Of a stretch of DNA of 13,521 bases, positions 1-10,413 are shown in pieces. The notes beneath the pieces were generated by a model, which had not been told where the DNA came from, searched no databases, and saw only the letters and a program-made list of their open reading frames with translations. The position numbers and the translations under genes are program-made. Position 1 is the first letter of the stretch; each line of letters begins with the position of its first letter. Source of the DNA: Octopus sinensis (taxonomy: Eukaryota); NCBI RefSeq assembly GCF_006345805.1, contig NW_021826121.1, forward strand, positions 1-13,521. The letters are read 5' to 3'.

Positions 1-780
1 ACAATCTTACATTAAAGCACATTGTTTGTACGCGAGCAAGACATTTGAGTGTAAACTCCGGCGCTATTTGAAACCTTGTCATTGACTCTCGTGTGTAGTG
101 AGTTATGCTTATAAATTACGTGGTAAGATCAGTTCAGATATGTGATGAAGTGTGGACCATAAACAGACACACAGGCCGAATTATGAGATGTGATTGGTCA
201 CGGACGATAAACTGGGATTGAATTACGTGGTGTGATTGGTTGAAATATGTGGCCTGCAATGACCCTAAAACAAGGAGTAAATTTTAGGCGTTACTAGTTT
301 AGATGTGTAGTGAGTCGTGGGCCATAAAACAGAGGAAGGAAAATATATCATGCTATAATAATGCAGTAATATCGTTTCATATTATACTGTAATTTGATAT
401 AACAATATAATGATATAATTAGAGGATATTATACTGTTCAATAAAGTAAATATAATATACGGGAAAATTTGTGAGTTATGTGTTGATTCATAAGGTGTAA
501 AAAAAATATAAGAGCTTTTAAAAATTGATGAGAATGTTTTGGGTGAGAATTTATACGAGTAGCGAAATATCCACGTTTAGTATTAGTGGTGTATTTATAA
601 GAATACACAGAGACGTATATGCATGGATAACGCACAGATTGATAAGTAGAGAGACACATGCTATCAATGCTTACATATTATAGATACACACACATAGTCG
701 CGCAGATATCGATATACGTACATAATACTGCATGTATGTATAGTGTGTGTGTGGTTGTGTGTGTCTGTGTTCTTACGTGA

Positions 781-840
781 ATGTATATATATTATATATA
801 TATATATATAGTATAGAGAGAGAGAGAGAGAGAGAGAGTA

Positions 841-880
<40 letters not shown>
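781..880. repeat. Compound microsatellite (TA)n-(GA)n-(TA)n
   Basis: Directly visible. Confidence 0.97.
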
Positions 881-882
<2 letters not shown>

Positions 883-1113
883 TGGCTGCCCCCTCGTTAT
901 CGAGTATGGCCATTGCACGAAGCTTAATCAATGTTGTTATCGTGCAATGCCTGTGCAAGTAGATTTTTTTAAAGTGAGGAAAGGCTGTGCACTGAGTCAA
1001 TCCCACTCACTAAGCAACAGCAGCCATAATCCGAAAAGAAAAACAAGTCAACATCATCGGTAACCACTGAACCGCAGGTTTTATGTAGGAGTTATCCCAG
1101 TTACCTGAGTTAC
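881..1113 (-). repeat. Interspersed repeat embedded in (TA)n, probably a LINE/SINE 3' end with a stem-loop
   Basis: A complex-sequence island sharply bounded by (TA)n on both sides, containing a perfect 10-bp inverted repeat CATTGCACGA (911-920) / TCGTGCAATG (940-949) about 30 nt from the (AT)n tract. Orientation and class are inferred. Confidence 0.4.
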
Positions 1114-1161
1114 ATACATATATATATATATATACATACTATATATATATATATACATAAA

Positions 1162-1208
<47 letters not shown>

Positions 1209-1300
1209 CGATATATTACTATATATATAATCATTATGTATAATATATATATAAGTAGGTATTCAGTATTTTTTATATTGAATCTTTATTGCTCTTATAT

Positions 1301-1331
<31 letters not shown>

Positions 1332-1341
1332 TACATATATA
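1114..1341. repeat. Degenerate (TA)n field
   Basis: Directly visible. Confidence 0.95.
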
Positions 1342-1488
1342 TTTCTGTCCTTGTTTCTGTGCTTTTCTGTGGAAGAGGGTAGGCTCGAAACGTTAAAGAC
1401 TTTTTCAATTCCCGAGCGTTATACTAATACATCTGTTTGTTTTCTACACCATCTGTCTTCGTCTTTTGTTTTTTTCGTGAATTCTCCC
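1342..1488 (+). mobile_element. Short repeat in (TA)n with a degenerate minimal hammerhead-like core (probable Penelope-like element derivative)
   Basis: CTGTGGA (1367-1373), stem GAG/CTC (1375-1377/1384-1386), GAAA (1387-1390), palindromic ACGT, then T and AAAGAC that can pair with the upstream GCTTTT. Flanked by (TA)n on both sides. Confidence 0.55.
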
Positions 1489-2149
1489 TATATATATATA
1501 TAAGTTTTATCCGGTCTCAGAACCTACCTATAGTGATGAAGATAGCTAGAGGCAACAGTGTATTTAAAGGAAAAGGAGATACAAAGGTAGAAAGGGACGG
1601 GGGTTGGTGTGCAAAGAGGCCAACGGAAAATATCGATTTCTGGCTCTCGTTTATAAATTTATGAAAATGAACAATATTATTCCAAATTCGACTTGCACCG
1701 GGAGCAACATCTCACATTCTCACTCTGCTATTAGCCAGGAAACTTAACCACAGGCACAAATATTTTTATAACCGCCACCTTAGATGTCACAGAATCTGAA
1801 AAAAAATTCCTAATTTTGGCAGGGTTTAGAAAGCAAACGAATGCAAAGTCATTATTTAACACGAACGTACGTGTAGAGAAATGGATGGTGTTCGGGATGT
1901 ATGAATTGAATTACAATGTTATTGTAATTTGATAAAAATATGCTGCTAGGTATCTGGTCGTTTGCAATATTATCTCTGGCCTCACGAAATATGTCGCTAT
2001 TTAGTTTTTCAATTTTCCCTGGACATTCATTACGCTCAAATAGTCTAGACACACAATTACCCGCCATTGCTGATGTCTGCCAATTTTTCACCTTTCACAG
2101 ACATTATTATCAAATATTTTCTCTAGCTCATTCATTTTGTTTCATTTAT

Positions 2150-2716
2150 GTGTATACATGCGTATAGCTATGTATATACGTGTGTGTGTATATAAAAATA
2201 TATATTTATATGTCTGTATATGTATAAACGTAACTATAAGAATATATATATATATATTATAATATATATATTGTTATATGCTTGTATATATGTATATCTA
2301 TAAGTATATGTATTTTATATGCTCATATATATAAGCTAATATAAATTCATGTATATATATATGTGTATATATGCATGTATGTATGTATATATTTATAATA
2401 CTTTCATATGCATATATACATATATACATATATACATATATACATGTGCACATATATATGTGTGTTATTAGTGTATTCTTTTTCTGGTTTCATACGAAAG
2501 TACTTATGTGTATGTACATATATATATATATATATATATACATACATATATATACATATACATATATATAATATATATGTATGTCTGTGTATATGTATAT
2601 ATATATAATATTTCCATATATATATATGTATATATATATACACATACATATACACACATATACATGTAAGTGCATCTGCGTGAATCCACAACGAGAATAT
2701 AATAAAAGTGTATATA

Positions 2717-2755
<39 letters not shown>

Positions 2756-2839
2756 TGCTTGTGTTCGTGTATGTATGTATAAATATAGACATAGATATAT
2801 ACACATATATATATTTACATATACAAATACATTCCAATA

Positions 2840-2892
<53 letters not shown>

Positions 2893-3200
2893 GGGTGTGT
2901 GTGGATGTAGCGTGGCGTGTGTGGGTATGTATGTATATATATATATGTATGTACTTATGCTTGTATGTATAGCCTTTTCACAGAGCAGACATTATTATCA
3001 GATATTTTCACAAGCTGATTCTTATCAATCTGTGTGAGTGTGTTTATGTTTGTGTGTGTGATTGTGTGTTTACGTGTGTGTATATAGTTGTGTGTGCATA
3101 GTGACAGAGACGTACGTATGTATGTAGCATATCTATTATAGGTGCATATATGCGATATTTTTGTGTCTGTTTATATAAATATATATATGTGTGTGTGTGT
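2150..3200. repeat. Compound TA/TG/CA microsatellite field with short unique interruptions
   Basis: Directly visible; source of the overlapping YI/YV ORFs. Confidence 0.93.
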
Positions 3201-6174
3201 AGGTGTAACTAAAGAAAAGAACAATCAAGTATTTGTATTCACAGCTTCGCCAAGAATCGCATTACTTTATGTTTTGCGGATCCACATAGCATCTCTTATC
3301 GCTTCAATGCTGAATACCGAATAATGGTGCCGTCACCGCTTGCAAATGACGCTAATCTCTACACTGAATGATGAATGAAGCTCATTGATAATGTTGGATT
3401 TACATCATACATCTCATATGGCTGCTAAGCGTATCTCGATGAGAAGCACATTTAGCTTGATGTGCAGAGATAAGTGTCTCAGTCTTTCATTAAAAATTGC
3501 AGTGAAATTCAAAATTTCACGAAAATTTCTTGAATTGTATTAATAATTAATACTAATTCGAAGTTTGCCTGAAGAGAATCCTCTTGGTGGCAGCAAAAGG
3601 ATAGTTATGTGGCCTTGTAGATAGATACAGCGTGCTGTTGCTAGATGAGAAGTTTCTCAGAGAAACATGGACTTCAGTTTTGTGCACAATGGATTAAAGA
3701 GAGGCGATATTAAGAATGTTCTTTTGATTATAAGAGATAATGTATTTTTCAGGGGTCCGATGCCGCCAGAGAAAATAAGGACAGGTAGGAGAAGTTTCCC
3801 TCTCCGGTACACGCTGAGGTACATATATTTTGGTTTTCTAGAGTTGAATTCTGCTTTTACATTTATCATTTATTTTGTACGGCTAGTCAAAAAGCATTTA
3901 TATAGCAACAATAGTTGCATATTTAATTAGAAAAGCCTTAGATATTTCCCCCCTTCCTACCAATTTAAATTCATTTTCAAAATACTAGTTAAAGTCCCAA
4001 CTTTTCTTCACTATATATATATAGTTCAGTAAAATTTAGATTCAGTTGAAATGGTACTTAAGTTAAAGGCACCAGAATTTAGCATGGTATCCATATAATT
4101 CAAAATGGGGTGATTACAATCAAAATAAGCAACAAGGATATCCAGAAGTAATGCAGTACGATCGTTTCATGCGACTCCACTTAATTGAACAATGCAAATA
4201 TTACATCAGTTTTAAAATGTAGAGCAATCTTCAGCTGCATAAAAATATAGAATTCGGTTAAATTCAAAGGATTCATTTGTATAGTTATTCTATTAACCAA
4301 AATCACAAAGAGGATAAGTAGACAGACAAAGGACATGTTTCATCAACAATATCATAGTAGTAACTGATATTTTTTCACAGGAAGACATTGCTTATCATTG
4401 ATTTTAATTTGTTATTTAGATTTACTACTAGGGAGGGGGTTACTTCTAATTTACAGACTAGTTTATCATGTCTAATGGAAACTGGAATCTATCTTTTATG
4501 GATAGAGTAAAAAGACAGTTTAAGTGGCAGAGTCATAAATTAAGATCCCTTTGAAGTAGAAACCATTCGGGGAGTTCAGTAAGAATATATTCCAGCCAAA
4601 ATTTGCAGACTAAAGCTGATGGGGTAGCGAGAGTAAAACTTATGATACTTAACTATTTGACAACCATAACCCCAATGATAATTTGAAATATATAGGTACA
4701 TTTTAGAAAGTTTTTTTCACAAAAAAATAAGAATAATTTTAGTATTTTGCACAATATAGGGATAGAGAATATAGAAATAATTCTATATTAATATAAATTT
4801 CTATACCAACCTAACATATATTTATAGTTAATTAGTAAATATTAATTTATTGGTATTAATAAGTTAAATTAAAAGAATATGTTAAAAATTTATATATTTT
4901 CTATATGCTAATAATCTTAGAACATATTTCTTGTATTATAAAATAAATAGTGAAATATATCAGTATGGTTCTGTATAGGTTGAGTATGAAATCTATAGAA
5001 ATATATTATCAATAAAATGATACAGTGGGTAAATAAGTAAGAAAAATTGGTTTAAAATTAAAATAAAGGAATGTAAATGAGTATAATGAACAATAAATAT
5101 AAATTCTTGTAGAATATTATAGATAAGAGGTAGAACAGATTTGTGTCCTAAAAACTTATTATGAAATATACCTAGCTTATTTATATTAATATGTAAGGTA
5201 AGTTGTTAAAAGAAATTTTCTTATAATTTTATAATTTTTTAGACTAAAATTTATATTTACTTATCATGGGAATTGCCATAAATGACTAGTGTTTAATACC
5301 GGGTAAAGAAATGATCAAGATTTTGGACAAAAGTTATATTATTATAAAACTTATATAAAATTTCAGGTTCTATTATAGATTTAAGAAAATGCTATTATTA
5401 TTCCTTATATGATAATTTATAATTATTAATTGGTACTTATAAAATGTTATTTTCTTCTTTATTTATAATCCATTTATAAAACTTTCTAATAAATACAAAG
5501 ATCATGAGGGTGGGGTTATTTTAGGGAATTAGAAACCAAGTAACTTAGATAATATTATCCATTCTTTATCAGGTTTTGAATATTAATTAAGGGGATTTAG
5601 AAGATCTTTTTATGAGGAGATTCTCAGTAAATAAGGTATTAATTGGCTCACATACCAAAATCTTTAAAATACAATGGAAGGGAGGTAACCAAAATATTAA
5701 TTTTTTTTTTAATGAAAATAGAAATATTTAATTAATATTTTGTATTATCATAAGAGATTAAGAGCGAAGTGTAGTTATATGGGGTGTAATAATTTAAGCT
5801 TATTAGAGGTAATATTTATAATATTGGAAAAGGATTAAGTGGAGTAGAATTCTCGCAGAAATAGATATGGAAATTACCAAATCTTATTGTGGATAAGGTA
5901 TACAACTTAATAACTTCATTAGATATATAGAATTTATGTAATAAATATAGAAATTAAAAAAAATATTTATTCAACTTTATTCAATTTGCTTATATTATTA
6001 AATTTCCTTAATAACTATTGCTGATTAAATAATAAAATGTAGCAGGGTATGCTATTTCCTTATTGATTTTTTTAAAAAACCTTAAGATCTAAAATTTAAG
6101 AATAACAGAATGCTATTTTTTTAAATATTTAAAGGTACAGGTAGTACAATGCAAACACGATACTCCTAGTTCAA

Positions 6175-6244
6175 AACGGTTATTTAATAAGTTTATATGA
6201 AATTTTGAAACATAAGGATAATGTAAACTTATTAAATAACCGTT
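6175..6244. repeat. Perfect 21-bp inverted repeat with a 28-nt spacer (hairpin) at the LINE breakpoint
   Basis: AACGGTTATTTAATAAGTTTA (6175-6195) is the exact reverse complement of TAAACTTATTAAATAACCGTT (6224-6244). Confidence 0.95.
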
Positions 6245-6252
6245 AAATAACC

Positions 6253-7048
6253 ATTTACAGAAATTATAAACAACATCATAGAGAGGCTGTCCCCTTGGAA
6301 TATGCCTTTGCGATATTGTATTCTATCGGTGATAATACAGTCACTCTTTGTGCTTAATTTCAAGATGGTGGCCCATGATGAAGTCAGGTCAGCTATGGCT
6401 TTGACTATTCTCGCTGGAACTTTGGCAAGTTGAAAGGCTTCTAGCATTCATGAGTGAGGAACAGAGTCAAAGGCTTTCTTGTAGTCTAGCCATATTGAAA
6501 CTAGGCTCCTCCTATACTCTCGCACCTCTGACATCACAGTTCTTTTGATTAGCAATTGCTCGGCACATCACCAGACTCCCTTCTTCCCAGCTGCTTGTTC
6601 TGCTGTGATAATGTTATTGGTTTCACAATGGTCTTGGAGAAAGAGGTTTAAACATACTGTATATATTTTATACATTAAGTTCTGGCATGCAATTGGCCGG
6701 TAGTTTTTTGCCATTTGAGTGGTTCTTTATTTGGGGATCGATTTTGTCTCTTCCAGAGCTAACCAGAGTGGTATGGTACTGTTCCCAATAAAAAGCTTGC
6801 TGTTACACATTGATAAGATAGGGTCAGTAGAATGTTAGCTTCTAGTACCAATATCCAACAATCAAGTCTCTTCCAGGTGCTTTTCCATTCCGGAGTTTCT
6901 GGATCACAGTTGCAAGAGTTTCACCATCAATGTTATATGTCTTGGATGTAACGCAGGAGCAATAACTTTTTCGGATTTCTTCCCGCCACAGATAATCTTG
7001 GTTAAATTCCTTCTCTTCACTCCAGATTTTCCTCCAAAAGGAGTCTAT
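6253..7048 (-). mobile_element. Truncated, pseudogenised non-LTR retrotransposon reverse transcriptase fragment (RLE type, R4/Dong-like)
   Basis: Minus-strand translation across stops and a frameshift gives KAPGRDLIVGYWY*KL, KNYRPIACQNLMYKIYT, EQAAGKKGVW*CAEQLLI, WLDYKKAFDSVPHS*MLEAF and RKGIFQGDSLS, the ordered early RT motifs of non-LTR elements. It stops before the YxDD motif. The clade call is from motif wording (inference). Confidence 0.92.
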
Positions 7049-7298
7049 GTATGTCTGTCTGTCTGTATGTATGTATGTATGTATGTATGTATGTATGTAT
7101 GTATGTATGTATGTATGCATGCATGTATGTATGTATGTATGTATGTATGTATGCATGCATGTATGTATGTATGTATGTATGTATGTATGTATGTATGTGT
7201 GTATGTGTATGTATGTATGTACGTATGTATGTATCTATGTATGTATGTGTGTATGTGTATGTATGTATGTATGTATGTATGTATGTATGTATGTATGT
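7046..7298. repeat. (TATG)n tetranucleotide microsatellite
   Basis: Directly visible; abuts the 5'-truncated end of the LINE fragment. Confidence 0.98.
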
Positions 7299-8330
7299 TT
7301 ACTTCGGAATATAGAACTCTTTATCTGATAAATATGTTTGTTCAATTCGTCAAAAACGAGGGAAACTTTTTTGTAGAACTAACACAACAGTAAGTAATAG
7401 AATTTGAGGTTCGTTTCTGTCACATTGTTGGCAACAATGTCAGTAAATTCTCCAAGAAGCATTCCATTTACTGCGAAGAGCTAAGCAAGGTAAAACTGGT
7501 ATTTTCATGATTTTTTTAAAAGTCGGAATACGTATGATATATTCCAACTAAGAGTTGTCAATCGTCTCAACTTGGCGAAATCTAGTCACAGACATTAGAT
7601 ATATTAATATAAAAATAAATATATAAATAAAATCAACACTGGCGTTTTTTTAATTCTAGTCTCACATGAAGATGATAACAATAGTCTTGGCATAGAATGA
7701 ATAATACAAAATTTTTGCATTAATATACAGTGATTCCCCTTCGGGGAATATTTATAAATAATTTGTTTTTTTCCAAACAAAACCATTGACACATATTGCG
7801 ATTGTATATGTCTGTGCACGTAATAAAAACCAAGCAAGTTCTGGAATATTTATTTAAATGTTACAGAGTTAAAAGTATCCGATGCTCACAATTTATCTAC
7901 AAATGTGTTTCTTTCAACAAAATCCGCGCTTAATATTAATGAGGTTTGTCTCCTTATTTTTGGAACAAGACCAAATGCATTTCAGGGGAATTGGTTATTG
8001 TAGAATTGTGAAACCATTCCAGTTCATTACTAGAGTACATGATTATTTTTAACCAACGTTGATGAGTTGAAAAACAAATATGGACGTGTGATTTAAATGC
8101 AATAAAACGCTAAACGGTGAAATCAAAAACTGCTGGGTCCATTGTCATATCATCTCCGCCATTCTTTTGAGTTCTCAGATAAATTCATTCTTCTTTTTTT
8201 TTTCACAATGTTATTTGAATTAACACCAAAAATATTTTTATCATAGAGTTTTATGGTATTTCGTAACTCTATTCTTCATCCACAGCTTTCGTTAATCGGT
8301 TTTGAATAAATTTTATCTCTTTCCAGACAT

Positions 8331-8702
8331 ATGACAAAGGAAAGCCAAGTTGAATACAATGAGTATTGTGCACATTTGCTTGTCTTCGCTTTCAGTCAAG
8401 GCTCCAAAGCTGCCATAGCAATTCCAGACATTTGTGATGTGTATGGAAACGATGCCATTCCTGAAAGAACTGCACAGAAATACTTTTCTCGCCTCAAGGA
8501 AGGAAACGTCGGCCTCACAAGCTCTCCGCGTTCCGACAGACCTATTCGTTTTAAAGGGGATCAATTAAGCCAGCTCATCTACGATAATCCTCGATAATCC
8601 ACTAGGTAATTGGTGCAGACGGGGTGCTCTCATGATACTGTCACCCGTCACCTTCAGTTGATGGCTAAAGTCCATATGCGACACGGCGTGTTTGCTCAAC
8701 AC
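8331..8702 (+). pseudogene. Mariner (Tc1/mariner) transposase relic, N-terminal HTH DNA-binding region
   Basis: MTKESQVEY..HLLVFAFSQGSKAAIA..DICDVYGNDAIPERTAQKYFSRLKEGN..L..SPRSDRP..DNPR*STR*L..GCSHDTVTRHL..M.KV resembles the Mos1-type bipartite HTH. There are two in-frame TAA stops (8595-8597, 8607-8609), and similarity fades around the expected WVPH motif. Confidence 0.9.
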
Positions 8703-9680
8703 GACGAACGATGTTATAATCACTGATTTGACCAAAAATGCTATTCAAGATCTCAGTTGAAAAGTTCTACCACTACCACCATATGCTGAAAAAAACACCT
8801 TCAGTTTATTGCCTTTTCGAATTGAAGGTAGCAAGTTTGGGGTTTTTTTCACCTAACTTTTCTGGGGATCGAATGATGGAATCCCTAAACGAATACCCAG
8901 ATGTCTGTGTTCGAGTAAACGGTGCTAAGTCAAAGCTGACCCCACACACTCTTAAAATTGTTGGCTTTGTGCCTTAATCATCCATTTATCTTTTATATCT
9001 ATTATTTCTGGGAATGCCAGTGGAGTAGAATCCTCAGAAACCTCCTTTTTAAGTTTCTATCAACGGCAACTCTCATTAAACTTTCTGGCTGAATTCTCAA
9101 GTATGACAAACCGAGATGTATCCATATTATCCATTTATTCCGTCCCTGGTCTACCCAGATGTTTGTATTTTGATAAATTATGCCAAACCAACCACTACCG
9201 TCTCTTAAAATTCCTGGCCTTGTGTCTTACGCAGAAATCATTATTCATGTATTGACAGATACATCAAAACTTTAATTCTTACATAAATAAAATAATTAGT
9301 CCTATCTTGCGTAAACACACAAACATACACACAAGACATTCAATGATTTCTCAGAGAAGTCTCTAACAATATTAACAAATCCTTCCATTGAAATTTACTA
9401 GCACGTTCTTACGTCCATTCTTTTCACACCGTTTGTCGATATCCTTACGGAATTGATAACCTATCATAATAAATGTACTAATTCCAAACGCAATGAAGAA
9501 TATATATATAGATAAATCTTAAATGCCATAATGGAATAAATTCAATTGCTAAGGCAGTGTAATTCCTCAGCTTTTCAGCTCGCTTCTGTACGATGTTAGA
9601 GTAATTTTGAATTGCTATATCAATTATTGTCAGCCTATTGTTCGTTTTGTTAAAGAAAATGACGTCAGGCTTATCAAGTT

Positions 9681-9781
9681 CTATCTATCTTTCTATCTAT
9701 TTATCCATCTATTGATCGATCGATCTATCTAACAATCTATTTAACTATCTGTCTGTCTGTCTGTCCGTCCGTCTGTCTATC
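9681..9781. repeat. Compound (CTAT)n/(CTGT)n/(CCGT)n microsatellite
   Basis: Directly visible. Confidence 0.9.
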
Positions 9782-9884
9782 AGTCCGTCATACTGCATGC
9801 TGAAGTTCCACAGACTATTTTGTATTGACGTTTTCTCAAGCAGTTAATATTATGTACGCAGTAATATTATGTATAGGTAATATT

Positions 9885-10240
9885 ATCTACAAGTTCCCGG
9901 ACTAGTTATGTTTAATAAAAGATAACTTATTTACCTGTGTTAACATCTTCGAAACAGTAACCTTGCACAGAAATACACCGGTCCCAGAGTTCCTGCCACT
10001 TTTGGAATCTGACCTGGCAGTCGTTTTCTGTAAGCGAGTCGAGGACCTGCTGCGATTCGCTCTGAATTTCGGCAACGGCGTTAAAACGGCAACCTTTTAG
10101 CAACATACATTTTCATCTTGGGGAAGAGATGGAAGTACACAGGTGCTAAATCTGGCGGACAGGGCAGGTGCAGAAGCGACACCTTGTTGTTTTTGGCAAG
10201 AAACTCATGAGTGAGGCGAGTTCGGTGACAGGGAACATTC
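9885..10240 (-). mobile_element. Mariner transposon 3' fragment: transposase C-terminus plus terminal inverted repeat remnant
   Basis: Minus strand reads NVPCH..HEFLAKNNKVSLLHLPCPPDLAPVYFHLFPKMK, then after a frameshift LKGCRFNAVAEIQSESQQVLDSLTENDCQVRFQKWQELWDRCISVQGYCFE. These are decayed HDNAPxH and YSPDLAPxD motifs with the last catalytic D changed to Y. A TIR-like AAGTTCCCGGACTAG lies at 9891-9905. Confidence 0.9.
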
Positions 10241-10355
10241 TATTTAGTTTCATCATTCAAGAATCTGTGGACAAACCACAAAAGCTTCGACAGCACAATG
10301 AGGATTGACTCGACCAGTTTCAGATATCATTAAGAATTCGTCAAGGACCACTTAC

Positions 10356-10413
10356 CTTCACTTGTATCCGTTATATCCGCATACATTTAGATGTTTATGG
10401 CTTCACTAGGCAT
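10356..10413 (-). other. Candidate 58-nt spliced exon (5' UTR or start-codon exon) of an unidentified minus-strand transcript
   Basis: Minus strand: acceptor TCATAATTTCTTTGCAG| and donor GAAG|GTAAGT, both near consensus. All three frames are closed across the full exon. An ATG at 10386-10384 opens MYADITDTSE into a phase-1 intron. Confidence 0.45.

Noticed and set aside
3502-3666. Short palindromes (GTGAAATT/AATTTCAC, GTATTAAT/ATTAATAC, GTTTCTC/GAGAAAC) and a possible heat-shock element
   Set aside because: Stems of 7-8 bp in AT-rich DNA are expected by chance, and the third nGAAn unit is out of phase.
3657-3930. Overlapping ORFs on both strands (87 aa plus, 70 aa minus) and a possible 32-nt plus-strand micro-exon at 3753-3784
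   Set aside because: No recognisable domain (GKLLLPVLIFSG is only faintly pogo-like), the donor GTAGGA is weak and there is no partner exon.
5113-5203. Plus-strand AAG|GTAAGT donor with an upstream TTCTTGTAG acceptor
   Set aside because: Stops in all frames, weak pyrimidine tract and no other support.
4680-6170. Specific mitochondrial gene calls (ND2, ND4, COX1-like snippets such as FWLPP, PPFH, GWGY)
   Set aside because: Motif spacing does not match those proteins, and no rRNA or tRNA hallmark was found. Left as an unassigned block.
7422-7440. Palindrome ACATTGTTG-G-CAACAATGT
   Set aside because: Isolated 9-bp stem, not a full RFX X-box, and no associated element ends.
8951-9229. Two similar 24-mers (CTTAAAATTGTTGGCTTTGTGCCT at 8951, CTTAAAATTCCTGGCCTTGTGTCT at 9205)
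   Set aside because: Probably short SINE 3'-end relics, but too short to call without a search.
9660-9667. Perfect CRE palindrome TGACGTCA
   Set aside because: A single 8-mer with no promoter context.
8331-10240. The two mariner halves as one internally inverted element
   Set aside because: They are on opposite strands, separated by 1.2 kb of unrelated sequence, with no matching TIR pair seen. Two independent relics is the simpler reading.
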